DNA of 64,000 bases from an uncultured Acidobacteriota bacterium. GTDB taxonomy: Bacteria > Acidobacteriota > Terriglobia > UBA7540. Under the pieces are notes generated by a model. That model was not told the origin of the DNA and ran no database searches. It saw nothing but the letters and a program-made list of their open reading frames with translations. This document shows positions 34,743-43,055 of this stretch, one piece after another. The position numbers and the translations under genes are program-made. Where the stretch lies: positions 50,179 to 114,178 of the forward strand of contig CAWJHY010000068.1 of the NCBI GenBank assembly GCA_963842495.1, in the 5' to 3' direction. Position 1 is the stretch's first letter. Every line of letters starts with the position of its first letter.

Positions 34743-34955
34743 ATGGCCATATTCAAGTGCAAGCAGGAATACAGTTTCACAATTGAGGCTGCAACAGACA
34801 AGGAAGCGACAACACTCCTGGAGGGGTTCCATCAGGAGGAGGATAAGATTCTCTACGGCTCGGGCAGCCGGGTGAAAGCGGATCGCTCAACGGCATTCTC
34901 GATGCACGAAGAGCTATCTGGCCCCGTGGAACACCGTACTTCGACAACCCGTTGA
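34743..34955 (+). CDS. Hypothetical 70-aa protein
   Basis: Strong RBS (aaaggaggattcATG). No recognised motif. Confidence 0.5.
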   Translation: MAIFKCKQEYSFTIEAATDKEATTLLEGFHQEEDKILYGSGSRVKADRSTAFSMHEELSGPVEHRTSTTR

Positions 34956-35276
34956 AGAGTGCCGTTGGTTGCAGAGACTGCCGACGACTTCAGTCATGGT
35001 GAGGCGTGATCAAGTTTCTGGCGGCCGACCGTCACCGTGGCCCAACTTCAGCGCTTCAAGTGCCGCGAAGCTCGCCGCGGCGGCGGGTGGCGCCGACCTT
35101 GCCTCTTATGACGGCGCCCCGGGCAAGGGGATCGGGTGTTTCGCCATGGTCGCGACTTGGCGCATGCATACAAAGCAAGGTGTGCCACCCGCGCTTTTGC
35201 TTTTCCCGGACAACCTGGGTAAGATGGTCGCGCCTGGGAAACGGGCAGTCAAGGGCAGTCATACGCGGGTATTTGT

Positions 35277-36086
35277 ATGGTCGTGGAATGCACCACCTGC
35301 GGCAAACGAAATCGGCTTACTGGCCCGCTTCAAGCTGACGCGGCCCATAGGTGCGGCTCATGTGGCTCGCTCCTATTTCGGGCTGGGAATCGCGCTTTGG
35401 AGTGGCTCACCGGCACTCACCGCGGTGCGAGTAGCGAGACGGCCCACCTGATCGAGTCGCTGCCGACCTCTGCGCGGAACCTATACAGAGAGGCCGAGTC
35501 CTTCGTCCAACAGTTCGAGGAGATATTTATTCAGGGGCCGTTTGTTTCGAACGGAGTTGAGAGCACGTACAGCGACTTTGAGATGAATCGGCACGCCTTG
35601 CTCAAGAACTGCATTTTCGACCTAGTCTCGCTCGCCTACTTCGATGAGGTGTTCTCGTCCCTTCAAGACAGGGAGCACGCATCGGTTCTGACGGATGCGC
35701 TCACCTACGAGGCAACGGGGATAGAGGCGACCCTTCCGACCGAAGACCAGGTACAAGATTCGGGAACTGAAGAGTGCCGAGGCATTGGGAAATATTGGAA
35801 GGCTTCAAAGCAAAAATGGGCTGTCCAGGACCGCGTCGGCTGGCTGTTCGGCAAGGAGGTGTCCGCGATCTTCAGTTCGACTGCAAATGACATCGCGATA
35901 ATCGTACCGGCAGCGACCCGCTCCATCGATGTCCGGGTGCGTGCGCGCTGGGCCGTCAGGTACTTGTCGAACGGCACTCCCCCAACTGCGGATGAAATCA
36001 GGTCGCTTACGCTGCTACTGCAGGAGCGTGCGAAAGCTTTGGAGAAGCTTACCGACTCGCTTCCTCATCCCGAACACGGCGGTTAA
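35277..36086 (+). CDS. Hypothetical protein with N-terminal zinc ribbon
   Basis: 269-aa ORF with CTTCGKRN...HRCGSCGS (CxxC-N18-CxxC by my count). No clear RBS. Confidence 0.5.
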   Translation: MVVECTTCGKRNRLTGPLQADAAHRCGSCGSLLFRAGNRALEWLTGTHRGASSETAHLIESLPTSARNLYREAESFVQQFEEIFIQGPFVSNGVESTYSDFEMNRHALLKNCIFDLVSLAYFDEVFSSLQDREHASVLTDALTYEATGIEATLPTEDQVQDSGTEECRGIGKYWKASKQKWAVQDRVGWLFGKEVSAIFSSTANDIAIIVPAATRSIDVRVRARWAVRYLSNGTPPTADEIRSLTLLLQERAKALEKLTDSLPHPEHGG

Positions 36087-36228
36087 GCCCTCCCCGGCCC
36101 ATGCCGCTGTCCTGATCAGATCGGCCAGCCGTCGCAGGCCGGGTGAGAGGTGACTTCCGTTGCCAGGCACGCAGCACTGGACCGCTTGCCCTCAAACAAA
36201 TCTAATGGGAGAATATCGTTGGAGTGGG

Positions 36229-36768
36229 ATGATGGCCACGAAAACGACAATCACCTGGGAACAATTCGTCGCCGCGGGCGTCGAGGGGCAGAAGTGTGAA
36301 TGGGTCGATGGAGAAATCGTCCAAATGAGTCCGGTAAACTTTCGTCACGAAGCGATCCTTCTGCGCTTATTCGCGTTCATTGAGGGGTACTGTCGCCGTC
36401 ACCTTGAATGGGTCGGTTTTCCGTCGAACGCAGCGTACACCATGACCTCCGGCAACTGGCGCTGCCCTGACGCATCGCTGGTGCGCCAGGAACGGTTTCG
36501 AGGTGAGCACTTCCCCGTCATGGCTGACTTCGCCCCCGATGTCGCCTTTGAAGTCCATTCCCCCAGCGACAAACCAAGTGAAATCCAAAGCAAGCGGAAG
36601 GACTACCAACAGAGCGGGGTCATCCAAGTGTGGATCGACCCCGAAAAGCGCCTCGTCGAACTCATCTATCCTGATCGCGGGCTGGAATACTTCCAGGAAG
36701 GCCAGCCTCTCCTCATCGCCGGTCTTCCGGACTTCTCCCTCGACCTCAAAGACCTGTTTGCTGTTTGA
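36229..36768 (+). CDS. Uma2-family (DUF820) putative endonuclease
   Basis: 179 aa from MMATKTTITWEQF. WVDGEIVQMSPVNFRHE and PDVAFEVHSPSD are typical of Uma2. Confidence 0.85.
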   Translation: MMATKTTITWEQFVAAGVEGQKCEWVDGEIVQMSPVNFRHEAILLRLFAFIEGYCRRHLEWVGFPSNAAYTMTSGNWRCPDASLVRQERFRGEHFPVMADFAPDVAFEVHSPSDKPSEIQSKRKDYQQSGVIQVWIDPEKRLVELIYPDRGLEYFQEGQPLLIAGLPDFSLDLKDLFAV

Positions 36769-36829
36769 TCCGCCCCCGCTGCTTCCAGGCTCCTCGTCTG
36801 AAGTCCTTCCTGGCGACCCCCACATCACG

Positions 36830-36854
36830 GCCCTCTCCTCCTTGGGGAGAGGGC
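36830..36854. repeat. Hairpin gccctctcc-tccttgg-ggagagggc between convergent genes
   Basis: 9-bp perfect stem. A similar hairpin lies at 34485-34505. Confidence 0.7.
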
Positions 36855-36861
36855 TGTCGAT

Positions 36862-37398
36862 TCATATTCGCGGCTGACTAATCGCATACCGGACAAGTCG
36901 CACACCTTCGTTCTCAAACTCACATTCCAGTTTGAGCCCCAGTTTTTGCATGATGCGAATCGAAGCGGCATTCTCCGGCATGGCGACGGAAATGATTCGC
37001 TCCAGCCGAACCCGTTCGAACGCATCGCGCAGTGCGGTCTGAGCCGCTTCGGTCGCGAGCCCACGACCCCAATAATGCCGTGCCAGCCACCATCCAATCT
37101 CCGGATCCGGCGCGTCGCGCCAAAATCCCACGCCGCAAAAGCCGATCATTTCTCCGGAGGCCTTGGCGAGCAGTTTCCACCTGCAAAAGCCTCGCCCAGA
37201 ATAGAGCTTCACCTGACGTTCCACGAAGGCTCGGATCTGGTCATCCGTCCAAGGCACGCCGCCCGTGATGTATCGCATCACGTCGGCGTCCGTCGCGATC
37301 GGACGAAACGCTGTCCAATCCGAGGATTGCCACGTATCAAGAATGAGCCGCGCGGTTTCGAGGATCACAGGTTCATTATGACGTGACGGTGGGAACAA
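36862..37398 (-). CDS. GNAT family N-acetyltransferase (RimJ/RimL-like)
   Basis: 178-aa ORF with LETARLIL N-terminus and acetyl-CoA motif WGRGLATEAAQ. Confidence 0.9.
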   Translation of the reverse strand: MFPPSRHNEPVILETARLILDTWQSSDWTAFRPIATDADVMRYITGGVPWTDDQIRAFVERQVKLYSGRGFCRWKLLAKASGEMIGFCGVGFWRDAPDPEIGWWLARHYWGRGLATEAAQTALRDAFERVRLERIISVAMPENAASIRIMQKLGLKLECEFENEGVRLVRYAISQPRI

Positions 37399-37759
37399 TC
37401 ATAGCCTTCTCCTGTTTGGGAACCGCAGACCGGAGCGGATTCCAGCAGCGAGAGAGACGGGGGCAGGGGAAGTACGCGGCACAGTTCGAAAGGGGGTCAG
37501 TTTCGAATTTTGGGAGTCTGCGGAGAGACAAATCCGACCCAGTCCGAGGCCCCTGCGAGCACCCCGCACTGAGAGTTCGACTGGACCTTGACATTAGAGG
37601 CGGACGGCTGTAGATTTCGGGCAGAGCGAAAACCGAAAACGGAAATTCCGGTTTTAAAAGGCGGAGGAAAGGCTATCTAAAATTGGTAACACGCTCCAGC
37701 GCGTGGCGCGACTCGTCAACACGGCGAGGGCGTTGACGCTGGCGCGAGAGGAGCGAGGT

Positions 37760-38626
37760 ATGCCCAATCCTGACGATCAGGAACGAAAGGGAAAGAACAA
37801 CCGAGCGCGGTTCGAGGCGTTGTGGGCTCGCGCCCAAAGCAACGCCAACCCTCAGAGCTGGAGCGAATGGTGGTCGGCGGGAATCTCGCGCTTGAGTTCC
37901 GCCGGTTCAACGGCCGGGTCCGCGGCAAAATCCGGCGTTCAGCACGCGGCCCTTCACACCACCGGTAAGTTAGTTATGTATGGCGTGGCAGCGGGCGTGA
38001 CATCGCTTGTCTTACCCGTTGGGTGGATCGGCGGTATTGTGGCCTGGGGAGTCGGAGGTCTGACCGCGCACCTGGGGGAGCAGGCCGTGGAAAAGCTCGC
38101 CGACTACGGCGGCGGCATAGCCGAGGACTGGATCAAGTCGGTCGCGGAAGAAGGCGCAGGCAAAGCCGTGTCGGCGGTGAGCGGCAGTACGCCACCGACG
38201 CCGACCGAGGAGAAGCAGAAGAATCTCCGGGAAGATACCGACAAGATGTTCGCCACCATCGGCGGGTTGGATGTCCTTATGCGTCAAATGGACGCCCTGC
38301 AAGGAAAACGTTTGGAGTACTGCGATGACGCCAACATCATTGCACGGCTTCAGGCCCGTATCGACGCGGAGATAGCGAGCGCGAAGTCCCAAATATCCCA
38401 CCTTAAGCGGCAGTTAGGATCCCTCGAGAGTTCCATCGCGCGCAGCGAGAACGCCAATAACCAGAATCGTCCAAATGTGAAGGCGGCGGTCAAAAAGGTG
38501 GTGAAGGGCAGCGCGGCCCAGCATTGGACCAATACCTATGCCGACACTTTGGCTGCCATGTACCGCTGCAGCAAGCAGCACTGTTTCGGCCCAGGCACCG
38601 GCAGTCCGGCTAACGACTTGACCTAG
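37760..38626 (+). CDS. Hypothetical membrane/coiled-coil protein
   Basis: 288 aa from MPNPDDQ (AGGAG upstream). Gly-rich hydrophobic span VMYGVAAGVTSLVLPVGWIGGIVAWGVGGL, then heptad-like QARIDAEIASAKSQISHLKRQLGSLES. Confidence 0.55.
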   Translation: MPNPDDQERKGKNNRARFEALWARAQSNANPQSWSEWWSAGISRLSSAGSTAGSAAKSGVQHAALHTTGKLVMYGVAAGVTSLVLPVGWIGGIVAWGVGGLTAHLGEQAVEKLADYGGGIAEDWIKSVAEEGAGKAVSAVSGSTPPTPTEEKQKNLREDTDKMFATIGGLDVLMRQMDALQGKRLEYCDDANIIARLQARIDAEIASAKSQISHLKRQLGSLESSIARSENANNQNRPNVKAAVKKVVKGSAAQHWTNTYADTLAAMYRCSKQHCFGPGTGSPANDLT

Positions 38627-38846
38627 CCTGGCCCTCATGAGGGCCCGTGACGGGAAGTGCTTCCGGGACTCTTAAACCCGGGGACAGACGAAACGTTACA
38701 CAGGTTACTTTGTCCGCCATCGCCGCAGCCAACCCTCCCCACCCGCGCGAACCCGTCCAAGGCTTTTCAACCGCCGCTCGCTGCCGCCGCTTTTCTGTCT
38801 TGAAATCAAGAAACCGGATTTTCGGACTGAACGAGGAAAAATAAAA

Positions 38847-39185
38847 ATGGCAGATGCAGACCAAGCCGCGCTTGAGGCCAGACACGGAAAGAAGATGATC
38901 GAGGTCAGTTTACGATTCTGGACTAACGATATTTCTGAAGAGGATGGGAAGGTCATCCCAAAACACGCATGGGCCAGCGGCGCCGTGCGCATTCAGGGAA
39001 ACGAATCGCATGGCATCGTGTCAGGTAATCCGCTTCCGTTTCATTCACTACTGGAAATTGGGTCCGTCGTCGAGAAGGTTCTGCTCGAACACGGAATAGT
39101 TCTCCACATAAGTACAAAGATGGATAAGTATTGCGCGCCGCGACCGGCTCACGCTAAACCGAAAAGCCGATGGGCTGACGAATAA
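38847..39185 (+). CDS. Hypothetical 112-aa protein
   Basis: RBS-like GAGGA upstream. Visibly lower GC than the flanks. No motif recognised. Confidence 0.5.
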   Translation: MADADQAALEARHGKKMIEVSLRFWTNDISEEDGKVIPKHAWASGAVRIQGNESHGIVSGNPLPFHSLLEIGSVVEKVLLEHGIVLHISTKMDKYCAPRPAHAKPKSRWADE

Positions 39186-39228
39186 AAACATTATAGTTTC
39201 AGACTGACCCACTACCGATTTTCGCGGC

Positions 39229-39966
39229 ATGCTGACCTACCTCTTAGGCCCGTTCCTGTCTCTGTTGCCGGAAGCATGGCGTGCCAGGCTGCCTTCGGCG
39301 GAATCGATTCGCTGGCGGCCCGCGACCTTTGTCTCCGGAGCCCTGGAGGCCCTTGTTTCGTTCTGCGCCCTGGTAGTTTGGTATTCGTACTCCGTCACCC
39401 ACCACACTCCAGTCCAACTCGAAAGCGCCCTGCGAGCCCATCCCAATATTCACCCCAACGAAATGATGATGGGCTTGTTAGGTTACATCTTTGTGGCTCT
39501 CAATCCGGTGACCTGGATCATCTGCTGGTTTTGTTTCGAAGGCGTTGTCCGCGCCCTCGGCGCCGCCTTCACAGAAGGAATTGTGGGGACGCTTCCGCTG
39601 TGGATCATTGGTCGGTCGTATCGTGTTCTTCGTCAACGTCAGCAGAATCGCCGGCTGCCACCGCTGGTGCCGGATGAGGTGGCTTGGTTCAAGGACGGGC
39701 GGCTGGATGTCGTCAAAGTCGCGTCTTGCCGGCCAAAGCCTACCTGGCAAAACCGGCCCACCATCCGCTTCGGAGACGAGTTTTTCAAAGTCGAGAGATC
39801 ACTCGCCGGCACGGGCCTGCGGCCGTACGTCTACCACCTGCGGCGATTGCAACCGGGAGAGATCATTCGCGCCCCGGAAGATTACGACGTGGAAGCGGTG
39901 CCCCTCGAGCCCCAGCGAGAGGAGAACGTCTGGGTTTGGGCCTACCGTGCCCTGCGAAAAAGGTGA
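39229..39966 (+). CDS. Hypothetical polytopic membrane protein (245 aa)
   Basis: Three to four hydrophobic helices in the N-terminal half and a basic soluble C-terminal half. No motif recognised. Confidence 0.5.
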   Translation: MLTYLLGPFLSLLPEAWRARLPSAESIRWRPATFVSGALEALVSFCALVVWYSYSVTHHTPVQLESALRAHPNIHPNEMMMGLLGYIFVALNPVTWIICWFCFEGVVRALGAAFTEGIVGTLPLWIIGRSYRVLRQRQQNRRLPPLVPDEVAWFKDGRLDVVKVASCRPKPTWQNRPTIRFGDEFFKVERSLAGTGLRPYVYHLRRLQPGEIIRAPEDYDVEAVPLEPQREENVWVWAYRALRKR

Positions 39967-39970
39967 GCTA

Positions 39971-40005
39971 TTGACACCTCTCAGGGTTGAGATACAATGT
40001 ATCTC
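39971..40005 (+). promoter_or_regulatory. Sigma-70-type promoter (TTGACA-N16-TACAAT) with overlapping operator-like palindrome GAGATACA-A-TGTATCTC
   Basis: TTGACA at 39971-39976, TACAAT at 39993-39998 and the palindrome at 39989-40005, about 18 nt upstream of the dinJ-like ATG. Confidence 0.6.
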
Positions 40006-40022
40006 AGCGAGGTTCAAAGCTT

Positions 40023-40397
40023 ATGGCGACGACGATGGTACACATCCGCGTGGACGAAAAGGTGAAGAAAAGGGCCGCAAAAACACTGGCTACAATGGGC
40101 ATGTCGGTGTCCGACGCAGTGCGTATCCTGCTTGTCCGGGTGGCCGCCGAGAGGGCTCTACCCTTCCACGTGAAGGTGCCCAATCGAATCACGATCAAGG
40201 CGATGCGGGCGGCAGATCGAGGAGAGGGGGAGCGCTTTGAATCCGCCGCTGACCTTTTTCGTGAGTTAGGGGGTCGAGGAGTTGTGAAGCCAAGTCGCGA
40301 GGGCAGGCGAGCAGATGCCGACGGTTTGTCACTCTTCAACCCTCGACTCTCGACTTCTCGACTTGAATTCGAGAGAACAAAGCGAGAATGTCTATGA
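40023..40397 (+). CDS. dinJ: DinJ/RelB-family antitoxin (orphan), with 3' extension into a tandem repeat
   Basis: MVHIRVDEKVKKRAAKTLATMGMSVSDAVRILLVRVAAERALPFHVKVPN matches the DinJ pattern. After ...DLFRELG the ORF runs ~40 codons into repeat DNA. No toxin gene follows. Confidence 0.75.
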   Translation: MATTMVHIRVDEKVKKRAAKTLATMGMSVSDAVRILLVRVAAERALPFHVKVPNRITIKAMRAADRGEGERFESAADLFRELGGRGVVKPSREGRRADADGLSLFNPRLSTSRLEFERTKRECL

Positions 40398-40614
40398 AAA
40401 CAAAGAGTCGAGGAGTTCAGAGATCAAGAAGTCGAGGAGTCTTGAAGCCAAGTCGCGAGGTCAGGGGAGCAGATGCCGACGGTTTGTCACTCTTCAACCC
40501 TCGACTCTCGACTTCTCAACTTGAATTTGAGAGAACAAAGCGAGAATGTCTATGAAAACAAAGGACCGCTGCGAAAAACTCCGGAACAAAGCGGGAATGT
40601 TATTGATAATAAAA
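40273..40614 (+). repeat. Tandem repeat: two 133-nt units (40273-40405, 40431-40563; period 158) plus a third partial 30-nt module (40585-40614)
   Basis: The units differ at a handful of positions. Each ends in AACAAAGC-N11-TGAAAACAAAG, the reverse complement of the module at 6918-6947 and 7151-7180. Confidence 0.85.
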
Positions 40615-40672
40615 GAGATGCCGGTATAGTCCGGGTATATTACTGAAAATAAATGACTTATTAACAAGCCGG

Positions 40673-42103
40673 TCAACGAGACCCGGCAGCGACAGATTGT
40701 CTTAGCGCCCCCCGCACCTTCTTCTCCACCGTATCCACGAACGTCGTCACCACCAACCCCTCCTGCCGAAAGACCACATGCCCGCTGCGGTCGAAGATCA
40801 TCAAGGTGGGAAGCGAGGTGACACCCAAGAGCCGGTCCAGTCCCTGCGCATAGACCACAGGAGTAGTCCAGCGCTCCTCCTTGACGAACGCCGGGACGTT
40901 CGCCGGGTTTTCGTCCACGTTCACGGCCAGGAACACGGCGGCGGGCTCCTTGTGGAACTTCTCGATGACGCTCTCGAGCAGCTTCCCCTCCAGGCGGCAT
41001 GGCCCGCACCAGGTAGCCCAGAACTCCAGCACCAGTATCTTGCCGCGGTAATCGGCGAGGGACAGCGGCGAGCCGTCGGTTCGCTTCAGCACGTAAGCGA
41101 AGGGGTCTCGCAGCTCGGCGTTGGGCTGCCCGGAGCCCTGGAATCGTGCGGCGAGCGCATGGCTAAGCTCGTCGTAGCGGGCGAGGATCAAGTCACCCAG
41201 GCCCTTCTCGGATCCGTGCAGCACCAGATAACAACTGCCCAGCTTGCGGCGCACTTCCTGCCGCTGCGCCGGATCGAGGGCCGGACCGGGAAACGCGAAC
41301 GCCGTAGCGTACTCATCTACGGCGCGGTCGAGTTCGTTCTTCTTCACGGCCAGATCGCCCAACCGCTCGGCAGCCTGTTGCGAAGGGTAGACGGCGTAAC
41401 TCTTCTCGTAATCCGCCCGAGCCTTGTCCAATTCTCCAGCCTCGGCGTAGAGCTTTCCACGCACCAGTCGGGCCTGCGCCAGCAGCATGCCGAACGAATC
41501 GGCGGCCTTCTCGGTTCCCGAAGCGGAACGGCCCGGCTCCCGGTATTTCGCTTCCGCTTTTTCGACAAGCCGCGTGGCGTACTCAAGAGCTTTCGCGCGG
41601 CGCGAGGCATCTCCCCGCCGATCCAGCATGTCTGCTAGAGAAGCGAGCAGCGCAGGATCGTCCGGCCTCTCGGCCAGCAGTTTTTCGCCGTACTCGATGG
41701 CGGTTTCAGGGTCGTTGGCGCGCCGGGCGGACGTGTAAATGACGTCGATAACCTGCTCGCGGCGCACACTGGCAGGAAAGCGTTCGAGAAAGCCCTCCAG
41801 GTTCTTGATCAGCAATTGCGGATTGTCCTCGGCGGACCGGACCGCATCTTGAAGCGCCTGCGCTTCCTGCACCTCCGGCGGGGGCGGCGAGGGCGGCGTT
41901 GCCGGAGCTTGGATGGCCGGCATCGAGAGGGGGCTGAGCAGCAACAAGAAAAAGCAGTGACCAGTGACGAGTGGCGAGTGGAGAGCCGGAAGGCGCCACA
42001 ACTGGGGCCGTGCGAGTGAGTACCCACGACCGAGAACCGCGCCTCGAAGGCTGTGTCTTCTCCCCATCCTGCTAAATCTAAAGAGAAGCGGAAGACGGGT
42101 CAA
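40673..42103 (-). CDS. TPR-repeat protein fused to a TlpA-like thioredoxin domain
   Basis: 476-aa ORF with C-terminal FWATWCGPC redox motif and a preceding TPR-like helical region. The start codon is uncertain. Confidence 0.85.
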   Translation of the reverse strand: MTRLPLLFRFSRMGRRHSLRGAVLGRGYSLARPQLWRLPALHSPLVTGHCFFLLLLSPLSMPAIQAPATPPSPPPPEVQEAQALQDAVRSAEDNPQLLIKNLEGFLERFPASVRREQVIDVIYTSARRANDPETAIEYGEKLLAERPDDPALLASLADMLDRRGDASRRAKALEYATRLVEKAEAKYREPGRSASGTEKAADSFGMLLAQARLVRGKLYAEAGELDKARADYEKSYAVYPSQQAAERLGDLAVKKNELDRAVDEYATAFAFPGPALDPAQRQEVRRKLGSCYLVLHGSEKGLGDLILARYDELSHALAARFQGSGQPNAELRDPFAYVLKRTDGSPLSLADYRGKILVLEFWATWCGPCRLEGKLLESVIEKFHKEPAAVFLAVNVDENPANVPAFVKEERWTTPVVYAQGLDRLLGVTSLPTLMIFDRSGHVVFRQEGLVVTTFVDTVEKKVRGALRQSVAAGSR

Positions 42104-42145
42104 GGCAAAACCGCTGATATAATACTCGCATCACAGGGAGCAGAA

Positions 42146-42859
42146 ATGAGACCAAGACGATTTCGCGCTGTCTTGTTGGATGCCGGCAACACCTTGGTGT
42201 TCCCCCGGATCGAGGTCGTCATCGCCGATTTGAAGGAGCACGGACACGCGGCCACGCCGGAAGACTTCTACGCGGCTGAACGATTGGCCAAGCAAAAACT
42301 GGATGAGTGGCTTTGGCCGATGATGCGGGCTGGTACAGTTCCCGAGCAGATTGACTATTACTATTGGACGGAGTACCTGCGCGAATTCACCCGCCGGCTG
42401 GGTGTGCCGGAGGAGGGGCGCGGTGAACTCACTCGGCTTCTGGTGGCGGACTTCCAGAACATCCAACTCTGGTCTCGGGTGATGCCCGATACGCCCGCCT
42501 TTCTCGATTGGATGTTGGCCCAAGGCTATCTTCTGGGAGTGGTTTCAAACTCCATCGGTACTCTCGAAGGTCAACTCGTTGGTCTGGGGCTGGCACGTTA
42601 TTTCAAGGCCATTTTGGATTCAGCGATCGTCGGCATTCAAAAACCCCACTCAGGAATCTTCAAGTTGGCCCTTCAACGCCTGGGCGTGGAGAGCTCAGAA
42701 GCTGTGTTCGTGGGTGACACGTATGCAACGGACATCGGTGGGGCGCAACTCGCCGGGATCACGGGTGTGCTGATCGATACCGTGGGTGCTTACCCCGGTG
42801 CCACTTGTCCAAGAATTTCATCACTGCCGGAACTGAAGGCAATCCTCGAGAAGTTGTAA
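42146..42859 (+). CDS. HAD-superfamily hydrolase
   Basis: 237 aa from MRPRRFRAVLLDAGNTLVF (motif I variant). VVSNS is motif II and VGDTYATDIGGA is motif IV-like. RBS AGGGAG. Confidence 0.85.
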   Translation: MRPRRFRAVLLDAGNTLVFPRIEVVIADLKEHGHAATPEDFYAAERLAKQKLDEWLWPMMRAGTVPEQIDYYYWTEYLREFTRRLGVPEEGRGELTRLLVADFQNIQLWSRVMPDTPAFLDWMLAQGYLLGVVSNSIGTLEGQLVGLGLARYFKAILDSAIVGIQKPHSGIFKLALQRLGVESSEAVFVGDTYATDIGGAQLAGITGVLIDTVGAYPGATCPRISSLPELKAILEKL

Positions 42860-43055
42860 GACCAGGCGCTCGGGAGAGTACCGCTCCAGTGCCACCACTG
42901 CCCTGCCCACCTTCATCAACAAGCGTAGGGGGACGGCTTGCCGCCCCCTGAAGGTTACGCGCTTGACCGGCGTGGGCAGGGCAAGCCCTACCCCTACGGC
43001 GCCAAGGAGTGCTACCATGCTCACGGTGTAAACGTGCCGGTTAAGGGGGTGTGCT

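Noticed and set aside
34969-35451. ORF 34969-35451 (+), 160 aa, between the 70-aa ORF and the Zn-ribbon gene.
   Set aside because: Its composition is Ala/Gly/Pro-rich shadow-like, it overlaps the start of the Zn-ribbon ORF, and I recognise no motif or RBS.
40273-40614. Possible CRISPR array downstream of dinJ.
   Set aside because: There are only two full 133-nt units plus a partial one. The units are far longer than CRISPR repeats, there is no repeat-spacer alternation, and no cas genes are in the window.
42860-43055. SAM or other riboswitch upstream of the Cys/Met PLP enzyme gene. A 10-bp stem ccctgcccac...gtgggcaggg encloses another hairpin.
   Set aside because: The inner hairpin belongs to the gtagggg...cccct repeat family seen elsewhere. 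I recognise no SAM-I/II core motifs.
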